The notes: generated by a model not told the origin, from the sequence alone. Positions 12,926 to 26,234 are shown, counted from the stretch's first letter. The stretch is DNA of 64,000 nucleotides from Octopus bimaculoides (GCF_001194135.2 NC_068999.1:48468594-48532593); one strand, 5' to 3'. Translations and numbers: made by a program.

Positions 12926-13300
12926 GGTAAAATGAAAAAAAGTTGCCTACAGGAAGAAACATTGGATGGAAAGAAGTTGCCAGTATGTAGCTACAAGGAG
13001 AAAGATTGGGTATTTAGCCTTGTAAGACAGAAAAAAGTTATCTGCAGGCAGCTACAGGAAGAAGCATTGGGTATATACCCTTATAAAATGGAAAGAAGTT
13101 GCCAGTAGGTAGCTATGGGAAGAAAAAAAAGTTGCCAGCAAGTGGCTACAGGAGCTGCCTGCTGGCAACTTTTTTCCATCTTATAAGGGTAAATACATAA
13201 TCTTTCTACTGTTCTCACAACTTTTCTGCTTACAGGGTTGAATTGTTCCCTCTCTTCTTTAAAAAATTACAATATAAATAATTTATAAGTGGAAGCTTAC

Positions 13301-13450
13301 AGTTCTTGTTTTTGAAGATGTTGAATATTGGTAGAATCTGTCTATAATACGGTACAAGGGCTTCACCAACTAATTCAGCTGATACAACCAAATGTTGCAA
13401 GACCTTCAGCGTTGTACATACTATAGGCAAACTTCTTGTATTGAGAGCTT
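13301..13450 (-). CDS. PACRG: PACRG exon 4
   Basis: 150 nt, phase 1-1, with canonical AG and GTAAG sites. Encodes [49 protein letters not shown]. Confidence 0.96.
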
Positions 13451-14611
13451 CTATAAAGAGAAAAGAAAATAGTAGCATTAGTTCATTAGTTTTTTTTTAA
13501 CAAATATTCTAAGTGTTGGGATTTGAGTATATTTGTTTGTGCGCAGGTGTATATATATATATGTGTATGAATACATAGATATAGCGGTGATGATAATTTT
13601 TTTTCCCTTCTATTTGTCTCTGTCATTAGACTGTAGCCATGCTGGAGCACTGCTCTGAAGAGTTTTCAGTTGAATGAATCGACCCCAGTGCTTATTTTTT
13701 CTTAAGCCTGGTACTTGTTCTATCGGTCTTTTTTGCTGAATTGCTATGTTACAGGGATGTAAACACACCAATACTGGTTGTCAGGTGGTGGTGGGGGACA
13801 GACACACAAACACACACATATATATACACACATACACAGACATGCACACACACGCACACACATTTATATGATGGGCTTCTTTCAGTTTCCTTTTACCAAA
13901 TCCACTTGCAAAGCTTTGGTCAGCCGGAGGCTATAATAGAAGACACTTGTCCAAGGTTGTCACACACACACACACACACACACATACACACACATACATT
14001 CTATTCTCATTTTTATATATATTATAGATATATATATACATACATACATACATATGATTCATATGAATGAAAACAACTGTGTAAAGAAGTGATGCTCTGT
14101 AACTGTGGAGAGAACCTATGAAAGAGGCAGACATGGGACGAGGTGGTGAAGCAGAAGCAATGACAGGTGACTGAGACCTTTGGCAATATGCCGTGCTTGA
14201 GAAGACTTGTCAAGCCAAGTGAAATCATAGTCATGGCTGATTCCAGTGTCATGTAACTGGCACCTGTGCTGGTGGCGTGTAAAAAGCAGCCATTACACTC
14301 TTGGAGTAATTGGTGTTTAGGAAGGGCATCCAGCCATCATAGAAACCATGTCAAATCAGACTGGAACTTGGTGCAGCTCTCCAGCTTACCAGTTTCAGTC
14401 AAACCATCCAACCCATGCCAGTCTGGAAAACAAACATTAAATGATGATGATGATGATGATATATATATATATAATTCAGTAACACAGGCTAAAAAACTAT
14501 ACACAACATTTGACAAGTCATTTAGCCAAAACAAGTTTATAAAAAAAGACAAACGAAATCAAGTACCATTTTAACTGAATGCAAAGAACATAGGTAAGTT
14601 TAAGAATTCAC

Positions 14612-14783
14612 CTTTAATTGGAATAATAAGTTGAGGAATGCAAGGCAAAATTTTATTTCCTCCATGTTCTAACATGTCATGTATACCCTGGCGAGCAAAG
14701 AATTCATACGGGTGCTGGTTTTCTCGTAAGCCTTCAAAGAACAGTGGTAAAAAGTGATGATAATCCATTTTTTCAATTTCAAT
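14612..14783 (-). CDS. PACRG: PACRG exon 3
   Basis: 172 nt with canonical sites. Encodes [21 protein letters not shown]...[16 protein letters not shown]. Confidence 0.96.
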
Positions 14784-15550
14784 CTGCAAGAAAGGAAAAT
14801 GAAATTTTAAAATAACCCCTATTCTAAAAAAGAAAAGAGAAATTGACTGCTAAAAATATATTGATTACCAACGACTAAAAGTACCAATATCAGTGTAAAT
14901 TGGGTATGAGGCATTTTAGTACAGCCACTTTGGTGCCACCTATTTGGTTGCTGGTGCTACAGTCCACTCTGTAAAATGGCTGGCGTTAGGAAGGGTATAC
15001 AGCTGTAGAAACCATACCAAAACAGACAATGGAGTTCGGTGCAGTCCTCTGGCTTACCAGCTCTTGTTCAGCTGTCCAACACATGCCAGCATGGAAGATG
15101 GATGTTAAATGATGATGATGATGATGATAATTCTATCAAACTATCCAACTCATATCAGAATGGAAGATGGATAATAAATGATAAATAATCCCTGAAAGGA
15201 TAAAAGGCAAAGTTGGCCTCAGTGGAATTTGAACTCAGAATGTAAAAATGGATGAAATGCCGCTAAGCATTTTGCCTGGTGTGCAGAATATGTGTGTGAG
15301 AGAGCAGCACACACCATCAAAGTGACGCAGAGGTACAAATATACAAAGCCCAACATTTTGGATTTACAATACTTTTGCATAATAGCAATGATATATATAT
15401 ATATGTACACACACACAAAGATGTTATGTATTTAAATAGTATCCAACAGGTTGTACTGGATTCCATGTTATCAGTGGCACTTACCTTACAAGTGATCTGA
15501 CACAATACACACACACACACACACACAAATATATATATTTAAAACATTAC

Positions 15551-15685
15551 CTTCCATGCAATCTTGTTTCCTTTCGTATCAAATTCCAGAGCTATAGGGA
15601 AGTCTCCCCTCTCATAAAATCGACGGAAGGCTGTTGTTTTTATGATTCTTGGTTTGAATGCTCCAGCATCTGGTGGTGGTTGAAC
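15551..15685 (-). CDS. PACRG: PACRG exon 2
   Basis: 135 nt, hand-translated (absent from the ORF track): [47 protein letters not shown] acceptor and GTAATG donor. Confidence 0.95.
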
Positions 15686-16086
15686 CTGTTTAAAAAAAAA
15701 ATGATGGATGTTTTGATTGGTTTAATCACATATTTACAAACCTGCCAATGGTTTATTTTACCTGAAACACATACGACTAACTGGCCTAAGTAAGCAACCA
15801 AACAACAGAGCCTCTACATGGTTGACCAACTTGCTAGAAATAGCAGCAGTTTATTCACTCTCAAATCACACTCTACTGTTTTACAAAAAAGATGGAAGTG
15901 TTCATTAATGTCCCGTAATGTCCTGGAGGTATGATGTCTTAATAAATGTTGGGATGGAAATAACTGGAATGTCTTCCATTGGTCAGTGTTTATGCAGGGC
16001 TGACCAAGGGTTAATCGCAACAATACTAATCACTTGTATGGTGATGATGCTCATTTACAACCATCATGTGATGACTAGACTAGGGT

Positions 16087-16117
<31 letters not shown>

Positions 16118-17419
16118 AAATTCAGATAAATACAAGTTTATGTTATTAGTTCCTACAGTAACCCTTTGGTTACCATATTTATTTTGAGATGCTCTGTGTT
16201 TCTTTCAATTAATTTTAAATATAACAAAGAATTTAGTAAAATAAATTAGTTATCATTAAGCTAGTGTTAGGAACATAAATTGTGACGAAGGTTTGGTAGA
16301 AGATTTTAATTCAGAACTTTTGAAAACAAGACATTTGTACTACAGAGCAAGAGCCAGTTTCAGCCGGGCTAGTATCAAAATGGTTAAGGTAGCGAGCTGG
16401 CAGAACTGTTAGATTGCCAGGCAAATTGCTTAGTAGCATTTCATCTATCTTTACATTCCAAGTTCAAATTCCACTGAGGTCAACTTTGCCTTTTATCCTA
16501 CCAGGGCTGATACCATTGGTACCAGCTGAGCACTTGGATTGATGTGATCGACTTATCCCCTCCTCAAAATTGCTGGCTTGTGCTGATACTTGAAACCATA
16601 CATATGTTTCAACCTTGTGGTTGCTTGGAACTTCGCATTGGGTGTTCCAAGTACATTTACTCTTTCACTTGTTTCAGTTGTGTGACTGTGGCCATACTAG
16701 TTGAAGAAATCGACCTCAGGACTTATTTGTTGTAAGCTTAGTACATACAACAAATTACAGTTCTAATTAATCATTCATTAATCAGGGACAATGGTGAGAG
16801 GAGGGTGGAGAGAGAAAGGGAGAGAGAGAGACGGAGGGAGAAAGAGAGAAGTGAGAATCAATAGAGGTATACAAAATGCTGGGGAGACAGGGAGAAAGAC
16901 AGAGAAATGAAGAGAGGGAGTGAGAGAGAGAGAGAGACATAGATGAACGAGGGGTGGTGTGGTTGTTGTGTGTGTGAGAGAGAGAGAGTGCGCGTGTGTG
17001 TGTGTGTGTGTGATGGTTGTCAATGACAGCAGTATTGGTAGGAAATACTAAATGGTAAACAGAATGATAGACGTCAATACATGAGTAATCTGAGAAAAGA
17101 GGAGTATTGGTTGGCAGTACACGTGTGAAAAAACAAACAAACAAAAAAGAACGGGTGTTCAAGAAATCAACAGGTTCAAAGTGATCCCTCATTATGCAAG
17201 TAACGAGATGGAAAGAAGAAAGGAGCAGAGAGATACAGGTTGTAGCAGTGGGGTAGGGTTGAGTCTGAGCATACCCAGTATTTCTCTTATTCCAAAGGTG
17301 ACATGGTAGTGACTAAAAGAGAATGATATAAAGAGGAAAAGATACTAAAAAGACAAAAAGGGGGCAAACAGCCCAGATACTCACATACCACACACACACG
17401 CACATGTGCGTGCGTGCGC

Positions 17420-17642
17420 ACAGAGGGTTGGCCAAAAATCACCCAACGGTAAATCAAAATTCCATAAATGCTATCTGTAATTCTGTATTGACTCGAATGG
17501 AAAAATGTGTTGCTCAAGAAGGACTTCAGTTTGAACAATTTTCATGATGTTTCATATTTAGATGCTTTTATTAAATCCATTAGGTTGTAAAATCTTGGAA
17601 TCAAATGGTTTTGATTTACTGTCAGGTGACTTTTGGCCAACC

Positions 17643-17647
<5 letters not shown>
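17420..17647 (+). mobile_element. Internally deleted Tc1/mariner element (MITE-like) in PACRG intron 1
   Basis: ~37-bp TIRs (GGGTTGGCCAAAAaTCACCcaACgGTAAATCAAAA / reverse complement at 17609-17645), right end in TA. The interior encodes TRMEKCVAQEGLQFEQFS*, like a transposase C-terminus. Confidence 0.82.
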
Positions 17648-17716
<69 letters not shown>

Positions 17717-20066
17717 GCACAGGCATGGCTGTGTGGTAAGCAGCTTGCTTCCCAACCACATGGTCACATGATTCCTGGATTAGTCCTACTGCACGGCACC
17801 TTGGACAAATGTCTTCTACTGTAGCCTCAGGGCCAACCAAAGCCTTGTGAATGGATTTGATAGATGGAAACAGAAAGAAGCCTGTCATATATATATATAT
17901 ATATATATATACACCCACATATACACATGTATGTATATTTATGTGTGTCTGTGTTTGTCCCCCCACCATCGCTTGACAACTGGTGTGTTCATGTTCCTGT
18001 ATTTTAGCAGTTCAAAATAAGTCATGGGGGTTGACATGTGACACTGACATTGATTTCAAAGATCTCAGTCACTAGACAAGTGATCTATCTCCACATGGTA
18101 TCTACTTACATCTAAATGGACTGAGCCACTTACAACACAGTGCATGAAATGAATTCTATGCGTAGCTCATACAGCAGTGAATTGTTACTTCCCCATTTCT
18201 TCATGGTGCTTATTTATATCTACAATGCCTTTGTATGTATACAGCATGTGTTTAGACAAGTTGTTATCGGCAACATATTCATTTAATTCATTAGGCTTCA
18301 GATATCTCATCATATTAGCTTATCTAAAAACATTATGACATGCACACACATAGACAATCACACACTCACAAAGACAATTATAGCTTTCAGCTAACAAACA
18401 GCAGCTAATCGCTTTTGTTATGATAATTTCTGTAATAAACTCTAGTAATGAGTGCAAGACACTTGTAATATGATGTGGTTATTGTAAGTTTCATCTATGA
18501 TTTGCCACTAAGACTTGAGTAGGGTTTCAGTTTTAGGCAGGCTTAATGATAAACTTGTTCACCAGACATAAAGTCAGCTATCTTATTTCTTCTGCGTGCT
18601 GAAGAAAAATAATTGCTACCAAGATATGTTAGTGTGTGTGTGTGTGTGTGTGTACTGCAAGCAAGCATGGATGAGTGATTAAGAAGTTTGCCTTGCAACT
18701 ATGAAGTTCAAGTTTCAGTTCCACTGTGTGGAATCTTGAGCACATGGATCTGTCATAGCATCAGGTTGATCAAAACCTTTGTGAGTGCATTTGGGTAGAC
18801 AGTGACTGTATAGAAGCCTACTTGATGGAGTGTTCTTGTAATTCTAGGGCCCAGCCTTGTCACAATACTGTCATGTTTATTCTAAGTCTTTAGTACCACT
18901 TATTTCATCAATTTGACTGAACAGAAGATAGGCAATTTAAAAAAAAGTCAAGCCATCTTAATATTACAATTAAGAATGGTGTATGTACCAGTGAAGTACA
19001 ACAGCTAAAACTAAAATGACTAGGCAATCCACCTCATGGTCCCAGCAGACAAAATGGAAAAGTCACTGTCCCAGAGGATGGCAATGTAGACATGCTGGAA
19101 CAGCCACTCTGATTCACGAGACTGGCATTTACAGATAGCCATCTTTGCTCTGATAGCAGTGAGCAGAGATGTAGTCCAAGGATCAAGAATGCTGGAAGTC
19201 TCCACTGATTAATTCAAAACAATATGAATAAATAAGCATTACATTTGACAGAGTGATCTGAAGATTAAAGGGTTAAATCCTCTCTGTAGCATCTGATGAT
19301 CTTAGAAGTAGCAAAACCTTTAAAAGACTGTTTCATTGTTTGTTTAATCTCTGAAATTTAACATTATGAAAGAGAAGGGAAAAAGAGGAATAAAAAGGCA
19401 TTGTGTGGCATCACAGAGAAGCGCTCGTATCGTGTCACATAAAAGCACCCGTATGGTGCTATGTAAAAGCACCCGGCACACTCTGTAAAGTGGTTGGCAT
19501 TAGGAATGGCATCCAGCTGTAGAAACCATGCTGAAGCAGACTGGAGTCTGGTACAGTTCCCCAGTTTGCTAGCTTGGGTCAAACTGTCCAAACAGCATGG
19601 ACAACAGACGTTAAATGATGATGATGACGTTTAATAATTTTTATGTAGAGGTTCTCAGAGACAAAGGATACATTCTAAGCGTTCCCCCAACATTTGGGAA
19701 ATACAGCAATTGAATATCAGATAAAATGCTTTGTGCTGTTAAATTATGGTATTTTTATCATACTCATCACTGTACAACTGTTGTAGTGAATGGCTCCGAT
19801 TCTCTCCACCCATTTCAGCTTTCATAATCAGTTGCTATCTCATGGTTGGGCAATTAACCGGGGCCATTGGTGGGATTTGTGTCCCTTCATGAAATTTGAA
19901 CTTAGAATTCAAGTGTAGGCATGGCTATATAGTTAACAAGTTTGCTTTCCAACCACATGGCTTTGGGTTTAGTTCCATTGCTTAGCACCTTGGGCAAATG
20001 TCTTCTACTGTATGGCTCTAAGCCAACCAAAACAATGTGAATGGATTTGATAGACAGAAACTGAAA

Positions 20067-20299
20067 GGCGGTTAGCTGGCAGAAATGTTAGCACGCCGGG
20101 CGAAATGCTTAGCGGTATTTCGTCTGCTGTTACGTTCTGAGTTCAAATTCCGCCGAGGTCGACTTTGCTTTTCATCCTTTCGGGGTCGATAAATTAAGTA
20201 CCAGTTACGCACTGGGGTTGACGTAATCAACTTAATCCCTTTGTCTGTCCTTGTTTGTCCCCGCTATGTTTAGCCCCTTGTGGGCAGTAAAGAAATAAG
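20067..20299 (+). mobile_element. tRNA-derived SINE, family B (GGCGGCGAGCTGGCAGAA...GAGTTCAAATTCCGCCGAGGTCGAC...), nested in a family C SINE
   Basis: GAAACTGAAAG is duplicated at 20057-20067 and 20300-20310. Other approximate copies: 24896, 25135, 25357, 50050, 62896 and 63088 (+); 11180, 37570, 37790, 40540, 40770 and 48865 (-). Confidence 0.85.
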
Positions 20300-21574
20300 G
20301 AAACTGAAAGAAGCTCATCGTGTGTTTTAGTTGCACAATACAGTAGTTGTAAATTAGCATAATGGATATACAAGTGGTCTTGTTCATTTCTAATCTTCTC
20401 TAGGCGATGACTACTGACCGAGACCTTTGGAAATGTGCTGTGCGTGGGAAGACCCGGCAAGCCAAGTGAGATCGTTTCCAGGGCCCCTGGACTGGCTCTT
20501 GTGCGGGTGGCACATAAGATGTACCATCTTGAGCGTGACCGTTGCCAGTACCGCCTGACTGGCCTTGTAGGGTTTTCGAGCGAGATCGTTGCCAGTGCCC
20601 CTGGACTGGCTCTTGTGTGGGTGGCACATAAAAGACACCATTTCGAGCGTGGCCATTTTCGTGCGGGTGACACGTAANNNNNNNNNNNNNNNNNNNNNNN
20701 NNNNNNNNNNNNNNNNNNNNNNNNNNNNNNNNNNNNNNNNNNNNNNNNNNNNNNNNNNNNNNNNNNNNNNNNNNNNNNNNNNNNNNNNNNNNNNNNNNNN
20801 NNNNNNNNNNNNNNNNNNNNNNNNNNNNNNNNNNNNNNNNNNNNNNNNNNNNNNNNNNNNNNNNNNNNNNNNNNNNNNNNNNNNNNNNNNNNNNNNNNNN
20901 NNNNNNNNNNNNNNNNNNNNNNNNNNNNNNNNNNNNNNNNNNNNNNNNNNNNNNNNNNNNNNNNNNNNNNNNNNNNNNNNNNNNNNNNNNNNNNNNNNNN
21001 NNNNNNNNNNNNNNNNNNNNNNNNNNNNNNNNNNNNNNNNNNNNNNNNNNNNNNNNNNNNNNNNNNNNNNNNNNNNNNNNNNNNNNNNNNNNNNNNNNNN
21101 NNNNNNNNNNNNNNNNNNNNNNNNNNNNNNNNNNNNNNNNNNNNNNNNNNNNNNNNNNNNNNNNNNNNNNNNNNNNNNNNNNNNATATACAATGTACATA
21201 CATAAGCATATATATATACATACACATATACATACATATATATATATATATATACATAACATACATATACATACATACATATATACATACATACATACAT
21301 ACATACACACATATATATAGCTTTAAACACAAGAGGGACCTATAAATGTTTTTTGTGTGTGTGTGTGGTAAAGCTTGCTTTTCATGCTAGTATGGACAGC
21401 CATTTGTTTTATCTTTGTTTACGAATGTATGTATATGTACGTGTTTATGTTTAGGAGTTTGTTATTATCTTAGTTACCATTCTGTCAAAGTTGTGGCTCA
21501 GCTCTGATATTTCGTTACTAACTCTTGAAAATAGGTATAGGTGAAGTCATAGAAACTTCAACAAAACGTCCCAA

Positions 21575-21659
<85 letters not shown>

Positions 21660-23566
21660 TGTCAATATATATATATTCACACACACACATCTAGAGAGAG
21701 AGAGGGGGAGAGAGGGGGAGAAAGAAAGAAATACACATAGATTGATAGATAGTGGCGTAAACAATAATGAAATCACAATAGTCATATTCGACGGCAATAT
21801 TTGTGTATGTGTGTGTGTGTATACACATATACATACGTGGTTAATCTTACACATACACACAGACGCAATATGCGTATAAAGTTATATTCAAAATCAAAAA
21901 AAAAACCCCAAACATCAACACTGTTATCATCATCACAGCTTACATCATTATAAACACAACTTCCATCACCATCATCATTTTCACCATCATCATTATCATC
22001 ATCACTATCACCATTAGCAACTTAAGTTTCCCAGTCGACATCGCCAACACCATCGCTATTATCAACACCATTACCAATCATCGTTATCATCGTCGTCGAC
22101 GTGTTGGTCATTGTCGTTGTCATGATCATCAGAACCATCAACAACAATTCAAGCCAACCAGGGTGCCCCTGTAACAGTTAACCTCGCTAGAAACAACAGA
22201 CAATGCTACCTTCAAATTACATTCTACGGTTTTAAAAGAAGGAAAGTTGGACATACATCGTGTCCGGAAAAAAAAAATAGCAGGACGGTCATGGTTGGAA
22301 TGTCTTTGATCACTGGTTTATACAAGAGTTAAACTACAATCGCTACTCAACTCAATATGGGGGGAATAAAATGAAATAAAATAAAATAAAAATATCGTTG
22401 AAAATATTACAAAGAAAACAATTGAGATTCTAAAAGATGTCAAACCTCGAGCGTCTAAGTTTATCACAAAGCCTTTAAGTGGTCACTGATCCTGCTAGAA
22501 ATAACAGGTAAATCTATGCAAGGACTCTACCTGTAGTCCCATCATATTATCTTAAATAAGGATAGATAGCGTAGTTCTGCACACCCCTAAAATAACGGGA
22601 CGGTCATGACTGGGGTGCCCTCTATTCATAAGGCGTGCTCGAACAGGGGTAATCTGTCACTAGACAACAAGCCTACCGTCTCAGATAGATACATAGATAA
22701 AAGGTTATACTGGATGTGTAGCCCGAGATTTGGTCTCTAAAAGAAAAAGGAATGCAAGAAATAAATGGTTACGGCTGGGACACCGTTGATCAAATATAAG
22801 TCTCCTGGATCGAATCTAGAACCTGGGGTCAGACCAGTGTTTCTCATAGGAAAGGGCCATGGCCATGCTCTCCACTCTCCAAAGGAGTTATCCTCTGAGC
22901 ATTGAATAAGGAGCGGAAAATTGCGTTGATGCTTTTAAAACTTGTGAGTTTATCCAACACTATGGCGACAAAACGAAAATGATAAGGATGAAAACCCTAT
23001 TCCGTTTTCTCATTGATAAAGAGGGTGGGAGATTGGCAGAATGCATTTCTTTACGTTCTGGGTTCAAATTCCGCCGAGGTCAACAAGTACTTAAGGTAAA
23101 GTACGAGTTAAGGTCAATGTAATTTACCATTGACAAAGTTCCTTCCGTCCAAAATTAATGGGGACAGATATCTAATATTTTTGGAAAGGGTATCGTGTAT
23201 CTTTGTGATGGGGTGGTTGGTTATTTTCCAGCCTGAGGACCACTGCTAATAACTATTGTATTTGATGGCATAGAAGATGTACGAGCATGCTAGGGGGCAC
23301 CCGAATTTCAGCAGTGCATATCCAGAGAGAAAAGTTTCAGTGCACTAAAGCGTGTAATATTTGAAACAACCTCGTATAAAGGACCCTGGGTGATTTTTTG
23401 AGAAATTGGGGGAAAACTGCGTCTTAAGGAAGATATACTGTGCTTGAAGGAGGTGGGTGAGGGAAAAAAACGTGATGGTCACGGCTGGGACGCCTTTGAT
23501 AATACATAGGACCAGTTCGATCAGGACTGACCTGGGATTAAACCACAAACAACTTTTTCTCTTTAC

Positions 23567-23668
23567 CTTGAAGCGATTCTGTAGTGCTTGGTTGGTAAAT
23601 GCTCCTTCAACTAATAATTTCTTTGAGAGACCAGATTCACTTACGAATGCTTTTTTTTTCATCGTCAT
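23567..23668 (-). CDS. PACRG: PACRG exon 1 (probable)
   Basis: Encodes MTMKKKAFVSESGLSKKLLVEGAFTNQALQNRFK followed by AAG|GTAAAG (phase 0, fits exon 2). 'EGAFTNQALQN' parallels the PACRG 'EGFTVKAMMKN' segment. The spliced CDS is 720 nt (239 aa). Confidence 0.72.
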
Positions 23669-24277
23669 ACGTTTTTGTTTCAGTTGACACGATGTACTTT
23701 GGTCCAAGCAACACCAATTTATTGGTCTTCTGTGGAATGGCAGGAGAAAATATCCACGTACTCGTTTTATCGTCAGATCAAATTCGAATGCAGACACGCA
23801 CACACACTCTCTTTTTCTCTCTTATTCTTTCTATTCTCTCTTTCTCGCTCTTCTCTTTCACTTTTCACTAGACGTATACACTTTCTCTCCTTTCTCTCTT
23901 ATTCTTTCTGTTCTTTCTTTCTCTCCTCTCCCACACTATCGACTCCTCTCTCTCTTATTATTCACCTGTCTCTATTTTTATAACTATTTCCCCTCTTCTC
24001 TTTCTCTTTTCGATTTCTTTCTTTCTTCGTTACGTTCTTATAAGCTTACTTTCTTTCTTATTTTCATTGTGTCACTTGTTCTCTTCTTTATTTTCTCGTC
24101 CTGTGTCTTTAGGAGAAAGATAGCGAAGAAAGGAAGAGAAAGCGATGATAGAGTGAACTGAAACAAAAAGAGAGAGGAAGGGTTGCCAAGTCTGAATGAA
24201 TGAGACTGACAGTGTGATTGAAGGTAACAAGACCAGAAAAGAAGATAGAAAGAGATACAATAAGAAAAAGCGACAAA

Positions 24278-24306
24278 GATAGATAGACAGACAGATAGAT
24301 AGATAA

Positions 24307-24381
<75 letters not shown>
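24278..24381. repeat. (GATA)n microsatellite, representative of many simple repeats
   Basis: Read directly. Others include (CA)(CT)n ~10502-10568, (AT)n ~17645-17712, (TATC)n ~21577-21614, (ATT)(AGT)(GGT) ~24812-24896, (TTG)n ~38685-38748, (AAT)n ~55609-55690 and (ATT)n ~61149-61202. Confidence 0.95.
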
Positions 24382-24382
<1 letters not shown>

Positions 24383-24479
24383 AGAGTAGTAGTGGGAGAG
24401 AAATAGAACAATGACGGGGGATTAAATAAGCGATAGAGTTGAAGAGAGAGAGGGGTGAATCCGAGAAACAAAGCGAAGT

Positions 24480-24493
24480 GTCGTCATAGCGAC
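24480..24493. promoter_or_regulatory. Candidate RFX X-box upstream of PACRG
   Basis: GTCGTCATAGCGAC is a near-palindromic 14-mer, one mismatch from the GTHNYYATRRNAAC X-box consensus, ~810 bp upstream of the PACRG ATG. Confidence 0.4.
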
Positions 24494-24828
24494 CAAAGAC
24501 CCGGATGTTGTTTATTATTATTTATTTTTTGATATTTTCGTTATTTGTTTTCACTTTGGTTTGTTTACGCTGGTTTTTATTATTACTACTCTGGTATGGT
24601 GGGTGAGAGACATGTTAAAGTGTCAGAGAATAAACTTCGTGGTATTTAGTTACGATCTTTTACTTTGTGAGTTCGAATCCAAAAGGATCCGACTTAGTTT
24701 TCATCCCACTGGGGGTCGACACAATAAAGTCCCAGTGAAGAACTGGAATTGATTTAAACGACTAACCCCCACCACCGCTAAATTTCTGGCCTTGAACCTA
24801 TAGCAGAAAGGATTATTATTATTATTAT

Positions 24829-24871
<43 letters not shown>

Positions 24872-25549
24872 GGTGGTGGTGGTGGTGGTGGTAGTATGGC
24901 AGCGAGCTGGCAGAATCATTAGCACGCAGGACAAAATGCTTAACTGCATTTCTTTGGACTCTTTACGTAGTGATTTCAAATTCCGCCGAGGTCGACTGTG
25001 CCTCTCATCTTTTCGGGGTCTATGAAATAATTATTAGTAGATCACTGGGTTGATGAATCGACTCGACTCCTGCCCTCAAAAACTTCAGGCTTTATGTGCG
25101 AAAGGATTATAATTATCATTATTATTACTACTACAGCGGCAACTGGTAGAATCTTTAGCGCGTCGGACAAAATGCTTCGCGATATTTTTCCGGTTCTTTA
25201 CATTCTATGTCATCGAGGACAACTTTGCCTTTCATCCTTTCGAGATCGATAAAATAAACTACCAGTTGAGTACTGGGGTCGATATAATCGATTTTCCTCT
25301 CCCACTTACATTACTGGCCTTGTACCAAAATGAAAAAGAATTATTTTTACTATTAAGGCGTCGAGCTGGCAGGATCAGTAGCGCACAGCGGCATTTCTTC
25401 AGACACTTTACGTTCTGAGTTCAAATTCCGCCGTGGTCAAAAAGTACCAGTTGAGCACAGGGGTCGATGTAATCGACTTACGCCCTCCCCCTAAAATCAC
25501 TGACCTTGTGCTAAATTGGAAAGAATCATTATTTCTACTATTCTGTTAT

Positions 25550-25760
25550 TTATTTCAGTCATTTGACTGCGGCCATGCTGGAGCAGCGCCTTTAGCCGAA
25601 CAAATCGACCGGGGACTTATATAAGCTTAGTAATTATTTTATCGGTCTCTTTTGCCGAACCGCTAGGTTACGGGGACGTGAACACATTAACATCGGTTGT
25701 CAAGAGATGGTGGGGGGGGGGGAACAAACACAGACACATAAACACACACATGTATATACG
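25550..25760 (+). repeat. Dispersed repeat family D (TTTGACTGCGGCCATGCTGGAGCA...CGGTTGTCAAG..GGTGG)
   Basis: Homologous copies at about 13615-13810 and 34500-34680. Confidence 0.75.
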
Positions 25761-26197
25761 ACACACACACACATACATACAGACATAGTGTATTTATGAT
25801 CGTTTATAACAATGAAGTTTAACGTCATAATGCATCAGAGATATGAATAAAGAACAATATCAATTAATTATTATGTATTCTTATCAGGTAAGGATGCACA
25901 CCTCAGAAAAACAGAATGGACTAAACAGAACAGGAGCAGACACGTGGGATGGAAGAGTCGCTGAAGCGGTCACAGATGTGTGACGAAAGATTTCGAGACA
26001 ATGGACATAAGATAGATTAAGAACTTTAATAAACGAGTGAGGAACGAATATACATAGTGCGTGTGTTTATTTGACAAAAAAAAAGAATAATAAAATAAAA
26101 ATAAATAAAAAAAAAAGACCGTCCTGAAACAACAATATGTTTGAACACATGGTTTCACATCGGGAGTCTCGCAAAGCAAATTCATAAACTTGTGTGT

Positions 26198-26234
<37 letters not shown>

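Noticed and set aside
16782-17192. ORF MRDHFEP... and 19020-19205 as PACRG exon 1 candidates
   Set aside because: No PACRG similarity or suitable donor; the exon at 23567-23668 fits better.
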